Assembly: GCA_965657355.1 (NCBI GenBank)
Contig: CBFHOE010000007.1
Span: 32,001 to 96,000 of the forward strand
DNA length: 64,000 nucleotides
Reading direction: 5' to 3'
From: Limisphaerales bacterium
GTDB taxonomy: Bacteria > Verrucomicrobiota > Verrucomicrobiia > Limisphaerales > JAJOIW01
Below the pieces are notes generated by a model, which saw only the letters and a list, made by a program, of their open reading frames with translations, ran no database searches and was not told the origin of the DNA. The position numbers and the translations under genes are program-made. Positions 30,901 to 39,620 of this stretch are shown in pieces (the stretch's first letter is position 1; each line of letters begins with the position of its first letter).

Positions 30901-31020
30901 TTCACTGAAAGCCTGAAGTTCAGAGTCCAGGGCCCATTAACCACCCCAAATATAACGCCTTCTTATTTTATTCCTCGAATTATATTGAATCCACTCAATC
31001 CAGATAAATGGATAAAATAA
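27907..31020 (+). CDS. AsmA-like (YhdP/TamB-type) large periplasmic beta-rich protein
   Basis: 1037 aa, single N-terminal TM, beta-strand periodicity, AsmA_2-like C-terminus 'G.LWSIPLFG...FRVQGPLTTP'. Confidence 0.7.
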   Translation: MNSADKGHIKTPSKMSTRRCVNKKIAKPRLRRLFRIFTIFGLCSMLLSLGWLNFFGIPKPFHPYITDLLNSDGVNVDFSRINFNILSGIIIREGSLSTESVDAKLLVEFDAAKVGYRFANSKLLPSSINIDGGAIKLTTKQNSLTICEGIKTSLGFSKNDVTKISNFTGDFLSGKIQMNGTITNAWKAISNQSNSQSSLPPKYGPNEISEILFQANSYLANTGPSLKIHFSGNAERPQSFEADIFLNAPKLSSNHFSITNLVTTIKYAPHKKGIQNCAISVRARDARLKISTNQISFHEPFLKFTLPGIEEIQQKKQVVGGKDFEGEGKPSDVSKIVNRNNSLPEAWRLVNKLGNSSFSFASIIFNDQLEIEQPKLSIIRSSNTKGTEKTFQVSSQISSISSNDIRSNEIKINISSIRDIALFASQISNFENEKWLEDSYDQLFAIQAKVDDLYVKGVEIGTLRLSPINTSSGDIMNQTSFSVDFQSGEKISAIISKNSETEPVLIRGKSHYDVKKWSPLFGEQLVDILSRIHWDKPPYATFHLGPSAFPKSINFDDLYTWFSESSDFRGQLDMESGNFKGIPFQNLKGNYSFSDLHWYLKDVEINRPEGTLQINFIQNDISGVYDVDIIGPIFTKALRPLFEENSEYYFSKIGETAPMVGKVTVGGPWDMDLGWVKGHISHKNLSWKTNKVQNLNFYLDYNDTEGMLSLKNVKIDSDPHKIFTKSLTYNRGRDFITIDGAQAKCTPLLIADCIYDEPVELLNSMGFKNPGMWTGGGTIDLGKEPSLVDLLFSLEHDNLTLFGIQNSNFTSQIAWRDDYLIFNNLKSDVLGGHVSGNLNIGIENFEMPTFRAIADATKINLNQIASHLPNKNKIDGLADIKFSLKDGYIKDPDTWEAAGVIKLQDGDLWSIPLFGAVSSIVDGIVPGLGHSVFKSGEINWSMKNGIIDLLKCNFSSSKFGITATGKISTNGNVNGSGKVKFFQAKSPLQRMLNLSLSPFTESLKFRVQGPLTTPNITPSYFIPRIILNPLNPDKWIK

Positions 31021-31035
31021 TCACGGGATACGAGA

Positions 31036-31641
31036 TCATTTGTTTTTCACAAAGTTCTCAACGTACTTTCCAATCATATCAAATTCCAAATTTACATGCT
31101 CCCCTTTTTTTGAAATTGAAAGATTTGTAACTTCCAAGGTATGAGGGATGATCCAAACCCAAAACCCCTTTTCATCTACCCCTGCTACAGTGAGGCTGAT
31201 TCCGTTAATCGCAACACTTCCTTTTTCGATTAAATATTTTAATTGAACCGGATCTAAAAGATCTATTCTAAGAAAATAATTTTCATCTCGTTTCGAAAAT
31301 TCACCTATGACTCCGGTAGCATCTACATGCCCAGTAACGAAGTGCCCCCCTAACCTATGTCCAACAGCCAGAGCGCGTTCAAGGTTTAAACGAGATCCGA
31401 CTGTTAAAGATTGGAAGTGAGTTCTATTGATAGTTTCGTTTAAAAGTTCAAAGTAGAGAATAAATCCCTCCTCATTCCTCTCCGAAGAAACAACAGTGAG
31501 GCAAGCACCATCAACGCATATACTATCACCTAAACCAGCATCGGCAGAGCATATCTTGGAGAATATACCCAGACGCGAGTAATCGCCTAAATTAGAAAAA
31601 CTAACAACTTCACCACATTCTTCGACAAGTCCTGTAAACAT
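31036..31641 (-). CDS. ribE: Riboflavin synthase alpha chain
   Basis: Signature N-terminus MFTGLVEE, 'GDSICVDGACLTV', 'NLERAL', 'GGHFVTGHVD', 'NLEFD'. Confidence 0.97.
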   Translation of the reverse strand: MFTGLVEECGEVVSFSNLGDYSRLGIFSKICSADAGLGDSICVDGACLTVVSSERNEEGFILYFELLNETINRTHFQSLTVGSRLNLERALAVGHRLGGHFVTGHVDATGVIGEFSKRDENYFLRIDLLDPVQLKYLIEKGSVAINGISLTVAGVDEKGFWVWIIPHTLEVTNLSISKKGEHVNLEFDMIGKYVENFVKNK

Positions 31642-31705
31642 ATTAATATCCAAATCTATTATTGGTATGTAACTAAAATTACCAATTGATCGTCCAAAAG
31701 AGTAT

Positions 31706-32776
31706 ATGAAAATGTTTTTTTATGGCAGAAGATACACCTTAAGGCTGAAGTTTTTCATGCTAATGGGTATATTCTGCTCTTTTTCTCTGACCACTCTGGC
31801 CCAAGGTCCCCGCCCCACGGATATTGGCGAACTATCCAATAATATTGGGCAACCTGGAGTTTCGTGGTATTCGACATGGAAATCGGCTCAAACGGAAGCT
31901 TTACGCAGCAATCGCCCAATCTTCTTTTATGCTGCTGCTACCCAATGCAGCGGTATTTCTGGTGTCTTCTGACCAGGATACACCAAGTCAGCTAACAGTT
32001 TGTTGGCAAATAAAGAATTCATAACGGCATCAAGAAACTGGGTTTGCGTGAGACTTGATTCATACGAAAGCGTGCATAACCAGAACCTTATAAGAAAATA
32101 TCTCAATGGAAGATTTGAAAATACAGCATTCGTTCTTTTATCGCCTGATTGCAAACCCATAGCCCGAAAAGGAAGCAGATCTCCGCTCATGACTTTCGGG
32201 TCAGTTCAAGCGACGGTAGATTCCATGAATATATACTCCCTCGAATATGAGCGAAAAAACAAAAAACAAAACCCGAATCCCCAAGATTTTGAATCAATCA
32301 AAACGTCTCTTAATGTGGCATCGGCTGATCAACGCCCACTTATTGTCATTAGTTCACCCAAAAACTCTAGAAGAACAATTTATGAAAAAATAAGGAATGT
32401 ATTTAGCCATAAAGACCTTATTGGAAGGTTTCACTTTGATTTTGAAGACCCCGATGGAAACTGGAGTTCATTTATTTCGGGGATTTCGAGTACAAGTGAC
32501 GGCTTGTTTATCATTTTTCCAGATGAGTTTGGTCAAAAAGGAAAAGTTCTAAAGAGACTACCGATTGAGATTAAAACATTTGATCTTATCGAAGAATTGA
32601 AATCAGCAAATTTAGACTTTACCAGAGTGACTCCAGTTAAGAACTATTCTGCCCATATAAAAAAAGGGAGAGCATTGAACATTTTCTTTGAACCTGAAAT
32701 CCCATACGGGGAAGACAGAAATGGTGACGGGGTCATCGATCATCGCGGAGGGTTACAAGGCCGGCGCAGAAAGTAA
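31706..32776 (+). CDS. Putative exported thioredoxin-fold selenoprotein (356 aa; Sec at TGA 31970-31972), joining ORFs 31706..31972 and 32000..32776
   Basis: The two ORFs are in frame and separated only by TGA: ...AATQCSGISGVF-U-PGYTKSANSLLANKEF...; signal peptide, Trx-like 'WYSTWKSAQTEALRSNRPIFFY'; SECIS-like hairpin downstream. Confidence 0.72.
31991..32007 (+). promoter_or_regulatory. Candidate bacterial SECIS hairpin
   Basis: GCTAACA-GTT-TGTTGGC: 7-bp stem with one G-U pair, G first in the apical loop, loop about 26 nt after the UGA. Confidence 0.55.
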
Positions 32777-32827
32777 ATAAATCACCCCTGAACCTCATAT
32801 TTCCGATATTATACGGAGAGGTGAATA

Positions 32828-33958
32828 TCAATTTGAAGATTCTCTTTTCATGAGTTCCCCTTTTATGAGCATTTCTCTTTTTGGTAATCCTGCAGTTTTT
32901 AACCGGCTCATCATTGCATCATATGCGACTATACCGATCTGTCTGGACTGATGTGAAAAAGTAGTCAAAGGTGGTTCAATTAATTGGCTGTATTGAGTAT
33001 TGTCGAATGACACCAATTTTAAATAATCAGTAATATTGACTTTTAATTTTTTTAAACCCGCAATTAATAAACCAGCATAGGCATCGGATTCGCAAATTAT
33101 TCCCGTTCTGGCGAATTTATTATCTTTGGTGGACAAAGAGAGAACCAATTCGATGAAACCTTTGTCTTCCGGATCCCCTGTTAAGATTTCTAATTTCAGA
33201 TTTTCATTTTCATATTCAGCTACTGCAATCCGACTTCCATTAATACGTAATTGTATGTGGGGTCCAGTTTCTTCGGATTTGATGAAGCAGAGGCGTTTAA
33301 GATGACCTTCAAGCAAGTGCTTACCAACTGCATAACCAGCTTGGAAGTGGTCAGAGGAGACAACATCATATGACGACGGGCTTGGGAAGTCATTTACATC
33401 AGAGTTTAAAAGAACTAACGGAACTCTACTCTGGTGTAAAATTTCCATGACACGAAGGTTTATTTCCTTATGAGACATTAGACCAGAGGTAAAGGGGGCA
33501 AAAAAAACTCCGTCCGCCTGGATTTTTGAGAATCTCACAGCGGCTTGAATAACTCTTTCGTTGTAATCGATTTCATTATCCGTCCCCAAACCCCATAGAA
33601 GTAGGTTATCATTTTTTTCGCTCTCCGCTGCTATGCTACCGCATATCGGGTCAAATATTTCATTATCACCCAAGCCTGGAGCAATTAGGCCAAACACGTT
33701 TTGTTTAATCGATGCTGATTGGGTCACGGTGCTGACGAATGAGCCAGCGCCTGCCTTACGCGTAATAAGGCCTTCTGATTCAAGATCATTCAATGCACGG
33801 GCAATGGTTGGGCGGCTGTGACCGAAGTGACTGACCAGGCTCTTTTCTGTGGGTAACTGGTCGCCTGGTAGGAAATGTCCAGTTAGGATTTTGTTCTTAA
33901 GGTATTGGAATACAGCTTTGTGTTTGAGCTTTGAAGAATTAATGATTTTTTCACTCAT
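32828..33958 (-). CDS. GntR-HTH / LacI-type sensor transcriptional regulator (AraR-like)
   Basis: 'PGDQLPTE..L...SRPTIARAL..LE.EGLI.R..GAGSFV' plus periplasmic-binding fold 'VSFDN...PPLTT'. Confidence 0.9.
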   Translation of the reverse strand: MSEKIINSSKLKHKAVFQYLKNKILTGHFLPGDQLPTEKSLVSHFGHSRPTIARALNDLESEGLITRKAGAGSFVSTVTQSASIKQNVFGLIAPGLGDNEIFDPICGSIAAESEKNDNLLLWGLGTDNEIDYNERVIQAAVRFSKIQADGVFFAPFTSGLMSHKEINLRVMEILHQSRVPLVLLNSDVNDFPSPSSYDVVSSDHFQAGYAVGKHLLEGHLKRLCFIKSEETGPHIQLRINGSRIAVAEYENENLKLEILTGDPEDKGFIELVLSLSTKDNKFARTGIICESDAYAGLLIAGLKKLKVNITDYLKLVSFDNTQYSQLIEPPLTTFSHQSRQIGIVAYDAMMSRLKTAGLPKREMLIKGELMKRESSN

Positions 33959-34008
33959 CGAAATAAGATAGCCCGGTTAGAGAGCTCGATCTAAGGACTG
34001 TGATGCCG

Positions 34009-35097
34009 CTATATCTCTTTGGTCAACTGCGATATTGAGAAATACTTTCCAGGGCAAGCCGTCGACTTCTTATACCTCTTATATGACATTTTATGAGTTG
34101 TGATGTTTGATTTTGGAATACCACATTGAGCCATGATATATCTGCAGAGAGCTGTGAGTTGCTTCATTTGAAGCGAAGAAGGAGGTCGCTTTTCAAAGTC
34201 TCCAACAAGACAAATGCCTATGGACGTCGCATTCAGATAAGAGATCGCCGTATGGCCGCCATCCAACTGTTTTTTCCATCGCCCCCCAATGGCAATTTCT
34301 CCATTTTTCATCCCACCTTTTCCATTTCCAATTAGAAAATGGTAAGCAAGTCCATTTTGCATCCCTCGGCGCCGGTGTGCACTATCTATAGATTTATAAT
34401 TCCCGACTTCAGTCGCAGTATGGTGGACCATAATTCTTTTCCATTTCTTAGGATTTGGTTTAATGACTTCCAACTGCTTCCTGACATCATAGGATAGACC
34501 GTATGATGGATTAATTAACTTACCAGCTGCATTAGAAGGAATGCGGAGCAACTGACCTGCCTTAATGAAATTTGCATTCTTTAGTTGATTGGCCCTGACT
34601 AAATCTTTCACAGTCGTGCCATTTCGTTTTGCTACACTGGATAAATCATCACCTTGTTTGACGCGATAAAGCCTTGATTGACTTGCAACATTTTTACTGG
34701 ATTGTCGAATTTTTAATTTTTGCCCGATGTAGATATTATTGACATTAGCTAGGTCATTATCAGATGAAATGGCAACGGTATTTGTATTAAACCTTTTGGC
34801 TATGGTAGAAAGTTTGTCTCCTTTCTTAACTGTGTAGTTAATAAAAAGTTCGGGCTCAGATGTTGATAGTTCCGGAATAAAGAGGATCTGCCCCGGCAGA
34901 ATGACTGAGTTAACCGAAATCTTGTTCGCCTTGGCAATAGCAACGGGAGTCGTCTCAAATTGATTTGCAATCAGTGTTAGGTTGTCGTTGGGCTTAACTT
35001 TGTAGCTCTTGCCTTGAGTATCAATCGATGTGACAACGAATATACAAATAAAGCTCAGAATGAAATAGATTCCCTTATATGCACTTGATATGACCAT
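34009..35097 (-). CDS. LysM x3 plus Amidase_2 N-acetylmuramoyl-L-alanine amidase
   Basis: Three LysM repeats (YKVKPNDNL, YTVKKGDKL, YRVKQGDDL); 'IMVHHTAT', 'AYHFLIGNG', 'SIGICLVGDF', 'TACPG'. Confidence 0.92.
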   Translation of the reverse strand: MVISSAYKGIYFILSFICIFVVTSIDTQGKSYKVKPNDNLTLIANQFETTPVAIAKANKISVNSVILPGQILFIPELSTSEPELFINYTVKKGDKLSTIAKRFNTNTVAISSDNDLANVNNIYIGQKLKIRQSSKNVASQSRLYRVKQGDDLSSVAKRNGTTVKDLVRANQLKNANFIKAGQLLRIPSNAAGKLINPSYGLSYDVRKQLEVIKPNPKKWKRIMVHHTATEVGNYKSIDSAHRRRGMQNGLAYHFLIGNGKGGMKNGEIAIGGRWKKQLDGGHTAISYLNATSIGICLVGDFEKRPPSSLQMKQLTALCRYIMAQCGIPKSNITTHKMSYKRYKKSTACPGKYFSISQLTKEI

Positions 35098-35239
35098 ATT
35101 AACAAAACCAATGGGCAACCCTTTGAAATCAAATGGTCATATATTTTAGAGATAAAATCCAACAAATAACCCATTTATAGCTAATAAATTTTGGCAATAG
35201 ATGATTGAATCAGATTGTCGACCCCAAAATAAACTCGAT

Positions 35240-36823
35240 TTATTTGGGATTCCCGGGATCTGAGTCCTCTGCACTTCCCCCGTCATTGGTCGCAGGAGTT
35301 TCAATTTGACTAACATCGGTAGCTTGCTTTTCTGGAGACGGTGCTGGTAGTCCCAATTCAGATCTAAGATTCATCCTAAGCTGGGGATGCCAAGGGCTTA
35401 AGTCTGGATCCAAAAGAGATTTGAGGACACCGCTTTTGATCACTGAAAATGCGGGGAACATCACTCTGCCATATTGGTTATCTGAATCGGATACAGAGGT
35501 TTCTTTTACAAATTTAACGTAGGCTTTTTCAGCGAGCTGAAGGTTATTGAACCCCTGCTCATCTTCGCCGATAGCAATGTTATAAAAAGCAGTAGACAGG
35601 ACTCCATCGAGCAGCACTCTAACACGGTCTCGAGAGGTTTCATTGAGCAGCTCAGAAATTCTTTCAACACAAAATTGATCTAATGATAGGCCAGGTCTCA
35701 CAGCTTGTGGATACTCATTATTTAGCATTTCAAACCATTGCGCTGCTTCATCTCTTCTATTGTGGGTGAAACAATAATATGCAGCTTCTGCTATCATGTT
35801 TTTGTGACCGGTTTTTATGTGATTTCTCCACTCTTCGTTTTCAGCCGCCATCATATCGCGGAATGACTTATCCGCATTTACTACGAGGTCAAGATTCGGA
35901 CCAAAATCGAACTCGCTCACATCGCCAATTGGGACTGGAATGAGACGACCTCTGCGAAAAGCCAACTGCATCGATTGGTATATGACTCGGCGTAATTTTA
36001 TAAATTCTTCCTTCTTAATTTCCACGAACCCGGATGAATCGTCGGAATATTGTTCCTCAACAACCTGTATTCCCTCTGCCGCCCAGTAGATGGCATGCGT
36101 CTCGGGTAAGCGCCATTCAAATGGGCCATAATCAAGGTGCACCTTTTTCATGATCTCCGGATCCATCTTGAATTCTTCACGAAGAATTCTCGCTCTTTCC
36201 ATTTCATCAGGATCATCGGGATCGGGATTGATGAGACCTTCAAAATCGGGCTCATCATTAACTAAAACATCTGAGAACATGTTGGCCCATATGGATTTGT
36301 AATACATATTTCCCGCATCTAAATCCATTCCAAGCTTGTGTTGGAAATGCCAAGCCAATTCTCTGTAAAGATCTACGCTATTAGGGTTGTATTTTATCCC
36401 ACCATCTCTGAGCAACTCGATTCCTCTTCTCACCCATGGCCATTTTTCTTGCCCGCTGTCAAATTTAACCGAAATATTATAGGCAAGATTCCAACCCAAA
36501 TGGATCCAAACATCCGGGATGGTGGGTTGCATCTGAGTTATCCAATGACTGAGTTGAACAAACTCATAATATTTACCATCCATCTGGAGGTCGTAAAGCC
36601 TCATCCAGAGGTTGTTGGCAATAAGCCCTCTGAAACCACCCAAAGCAACAGTTGAAAAAGCTAGTAATGGGGGGGCATTCTTAAGGGGCTCCGTATTCCG
36701 AGTAAGCCCCATTCGATCACGTTTAACATTCAATGAATTCTGAGTTAAACCACAGCAAAGCAAACAGACGATAACTATGAGAATTATCGATGGTTTGAAT
36801 AATTTGTTTTGCATGTTCCCCAT
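35240..36823 (-). CDS. Membrane-anchored helical/TPR-like protein (PilG/XapA-like; PVC conserved hypothetical)
   Basis: N-terminal TM, 'ALGGFRGLIANNLWMR', 'WITQMQP...VW...WNLAYNISV', 'WVRRGIELLRD.GI.YNP'; follows ABC ATPase and permease. Confidence 0.6.
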   Translation of the reverse strand: MGNMQNKLFKPSIILIVIVCLLCCGLTQNSLNVKRDRMGLTRNTEPLKNAPPLLAFSTVALGGFRGLIANNLWMRLYDLQMDGKYYEFVQLSHWITQMQPTIPDVWIHLGWNLAYNISVKFDSGQEKWPWVRRGIELLRDGGIKYNPNSVDLYRELAWHFQHKLGMDLDAGNMYYKSIWANMFSDVLVNDEPDFEGLINPDPDDPDEMERARILREEFKMDPEIMKKVHLDYGPFEWRLPETHAIYWAAEGIQVVEEQYSDDSSGFVEIKKEEFIKLRRVIYQSMQLAFRRGRLIPVPIGDVSEFDFGPNLDLVVNADKSFRDMMAAENEEWRNHIKTGHKNMIAEAAYYCFTHNRRDEAAQWFEMLNNEYPQAVRPGLSLDQFCVERISELLNETSRDRVRVLLDGVLSTAFYNIAIGEDEQGFNNLQLAEKAYVKFVKETSVSDSDNQYGRVMFPAFSVIKSGVLKSLLDPDLSPWHPQLRMNLRSELGLPAPSPEKQATDVSQIETPATNDGGSAEDSDPGNPK

Positions 36824-36849
36824 AAGTATTTCAGTAAATTAAGTAATTC

Positions 36850-38250
36850 TTATTTTCCCTGGGCGGTAGCTATTTCCCTTTTTTGGAAAATAAAAATTCC
36901 GATACTCGAAAGCGTCCCTCCAAATAAGACAATAATTTGGAGAAAAGCTCTCAAAATTTGATCCCAGCCAACGGTTCTACCATTACTTAAAGAGTCCACA
37001 GGCGAGAAGTCCGCGATAAGATCTAAAGCGAATTTTATGGCTTCCAAGAAAGGCAACCCAATGGCATCGATGACAGGGTAGTATCGTGTTGGCCCATTTT
37101 TACTGTCATTATAGTCAATCCCAAGAATGGTATTGGTGTCGAGGGTGCTAGCAATAGCGTCTCGGCTAAAAAAGATGATAAGCGCTGTCATGCAAAGAAA
37201 TGCCGCTACAGAAAATGAGAGAAAGGAGCTCGCAGTTAAAGCCAGCATCGCTACCAAGGCAAGCCAACAATAAAGGATAAAAATCCCCCTCAAGTAATTT
37301 GCGATGAAGCCACCCTCTCTGTATAAGACTTCTAAAGAGTCTACCATCGGAAAGAGTAATTCCGAGTTACTCATATTTTGCATCATGATGTAGAGGTTTC
37401 CATCATCATCAATACTACCAGGAAGCAAAGCAAACTCATACCACACACCAACGGGAACATTGAGCTCCCGAAAAGAGGCGTTTTCGGCCATTCCTTTTCC
37501 TATGTGCCATACTGTTGGGTAAAGATTAGGATCTTCGTCATCAAGCAGGAATGCTGGTGTTTGCATTTTAACCCTCAGAAAAAGTGGCTTATCGACCAGC
37601 TTTGATTTCTTCAGGGAAAAATCAAGCTGCCATATTCTTGCCGCACCAGGACGAACAAGCTGATATTCTTTTTCGACGTCAGCTTTAATCTGAGTTTTTA
37701 CAGCATCCCAGTTCTCGGAGGGCAAGTCCTGTTCTTCGACGATTGTTTTAAATCTCTCTTCGATAAAAGGCGTTAAATCGGGAGTCTCTTCAGAAACGGC
37801 AGAGCGAGCAACAAGGATTTTTTCGTTGAGCATTTCCTTTTCCGATTGGTTGAGCTCACCTGACTTCAAAACAAGAACACAACTTATTATAATTGCCGAA
37901 AGTCCCAAAAGAACAAAATTGATTGCCAATATGCCCATTAATTTGCCAAGCCAAACCTGTGCTCTAGAAACAGGCTTCACAACAAGGACCTGCATCTGAC
38001 ATTCTTCGAGTTCCTTCGAGATTGCGCTGCAACCCAACCAAATAGTCACTACCCCAAGAATGATGGTTACAAGAGTCAATGTGTAACCAAGAATGATAGA
38101 GGCGTAACCTGTAGCAGTCTCATCATGCTTTATAAAAGTTGGCAACAGAATGACACTAAGGACGAGCGCCATCGCAAGGAAGATGACTAGCTTCTGTTTG
38201 ATCGCCCCTTTTACGGTCAAAATTGCTATGGAAAGAACCTTTTGCACCAT
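36850..38250 (-). CDS. ABC-2 type permease with large extracytoplasmic insertion (PilI-like)
   Basis: 'AISKELE...QVLVVKPVSRAQVWLGK', C-terminal 'FQKREIA'. Confidence 0.8.
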   Translation of the reverse strand: MVQKVLSIAILTVKGAIKQKLVIFLAMALVLSVILLPTFIKHDETATGYASIILGYTLTLVTIILGVVTIWLGCSAISKELEECQMQVLVVKPVSRAQVWLGKLMGILAINFVLLGLSAIIISCVLVLKSGELNQSEKEMLNEKILVARSAVSEETPDLTPFIEERFKTIVEEQDLPSENWDAVKTQIKADVEKEYQLVRPGAARIWQLDFSLKKSKLVDKPLFLRVKMQTPAFLLDDEDPNLYPTVWHIGKGMAENASFRELNVPVGVWYEFALLPGSIDDDGNLYIMMQNMSNSELLFPMVDSLEVLYREGGFIANYLRGIFILYCWLALVAMLALTASSFLSFSVAAFLCMTALIIFFSRDAIASTLDTNTILGIDYNDSKNGPTRYYPVIDAIGLPFLEAIKFALDLIADFSPVDSLSNGRTVGWDQILRAFLQIIVLFGGTLSSIGIFIFQKREIATAQGK

Positions 38251-38332
38251 TTCGCCCTATTCAAAAATACCACTGGCATTTGTTCGATTCAAATCACCAG
38301 GCATAAATTCACCGATTCCTAATGAGAGAAAA

Positions 38333-39589
38333 TTATTTAGACTCCTCATCATTATGATTATTTTCATCCTCGCCTCCGAGCAGAGATGAGAGTTTTTTAT
38401 TTGCTTTTTCTATGGATTCCTTATCGAGTTCCTGGTCAGTTTTTTGCGGTTCTGAGTCCCTATTTTTCTCGGGCTGCTGAGTAAAGGAAGACAACATCTG
38501 GTTGGCTTCTTTCTGCCGATTTTCACTAATTTCCGATTCGGTAGGCTCATTTACCTCCTTACCGGATACGGTTTCTGATCCACCCGAAAGTCTATCGAGT
38601 ATTTTGTCACCCTTGGAAACCGAAGATTCCCCGGACTCCCCTTTGAGGTATGTTGCGACCTCATTCCCAGAAGTGGCCCCTGATGTTGATTCGTCTGACT
38701 GTCGGGCCTCTTCAACAACACTTAAAAAGTAACTTTCCAAATCTTGAGTTGGAACGTCCACCTGCACTTCTTTTTCATTCACATGCCCTTTGATAGAGCC
38801 AAGCACGCTCTCCATGGCTGATTTTTCCAATGCGGGAATGGTAATTTGAAGGGAATCTGGCTCACTGAGCAGCTCATTCATAGTTCCTCTCGCTTGTATC
38901 TTACCTCCGTAGTATATGACAACCTGGTCACAGACGTCTTGAACATCAGCGAGTAGGTGGCTCGATAAAATGACCGTTTTCCCCCTGTTGGCTAGTGCTA
39001 AAATAAGGTCTTTAACTTCTCTACACCCTATTGGATCCAAGCCAGCAGTTGGTTCATCAAGAATCACAAGGTCTGGATCATTGATGAGTGCTTGAGCCAA
39101 ACCAATTCTTCTCTGCATTCCCTTTGAAAACTCACCTACAGTTCTACGTTGAACATTTTTCAACCCAACCATATCCAGGAGTTGTTCTGATCTTCGTTTT
39201 CTTTCGTCCTTTGGTAGATCAAATAAACTTCCAAAAAAATCAATGGTCTCTTTCGAATCGAGGTATTTGTAGAGATATGACTCTTCAGGTAAATATCCGA
39301 TCCGTGATTTTGTTTGGACATGTCTTGGTGATCTTCCAAAAACCTCCACATGACCCTTTGATGGGTAAAGTAGACCAAGCAATATTTTCACGGTTGTTGA
39401 TTTACCCGAACCATTGGGGCCCAAAAGACCAAATACCTGCCCTCTTTTGATGTCAAAACTAACGTCATTGACAGCACGCGCCTTGGGCCTGCCCCAAAAA
39501 TCTTTGAAAACTTTTCGAAGGCCCTTGACAGACACCACTATGTCATCTTGCTTGGTCGTTTCAGTAGAGTTTTGAGAAGTATCGATCAT
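38333..39589 (-). CDS. ABC ATP-binding protein (PilH-like) with acidic C-terminal tail
   Basis: 'FGLLGPNGSGKST', 'IGYLPEESYLY', 'FSKGMQRRIGLAQAL', 'ILDEPTAGLDP'. Confidence 0.93.
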   Translation of the reverse strand: MIDTSQNSTETTKQDDIVVSVKGLRKVFKDFWGRPKARAVNDVSFDIKRGQVFGLLGPNGSGKSTTVKILLGLLYPSKGHVEVFGRSPRHVQTKSRIGYLPEESYLYKYLDSKETIDFFGSLFDLPKDERKRRSEQLLDMVGLKNVQRRTVGEFSKGMQRRIGLAQALINDPDLVILDEPTAGLDPIGCREVKDLILALANRGKTVILSSHLLADVQDVCDQVVIYYGGKIQARGTMNELLSEPDSLQITIPALEKSAMESVLGSIKGHVNEKEVQVDVPTQDLESYFLSVVEEARQSDESTSGATSGNEVATYLKGESGESSVSKGDKILDRLSGGSETVSGKEVNEPTESEISENRQKEANQMLSSFTQQPEKNRDSEPQKTDQELDKESIEKANKKLSSLLGGEDENNHNDEESK

Positions 39590-39620
39590 GATTTCTTAGT
39601 ATAAATTTTTAAGCGCGAAT

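Noticed and set aside
31706..32776. Genome-wide TGA recoding (code 4 or 25) as the cause of the in-frame TGA
   Set aside because: TGA ends several complete genes in this window (e.g. 11456, 23762, 24559)
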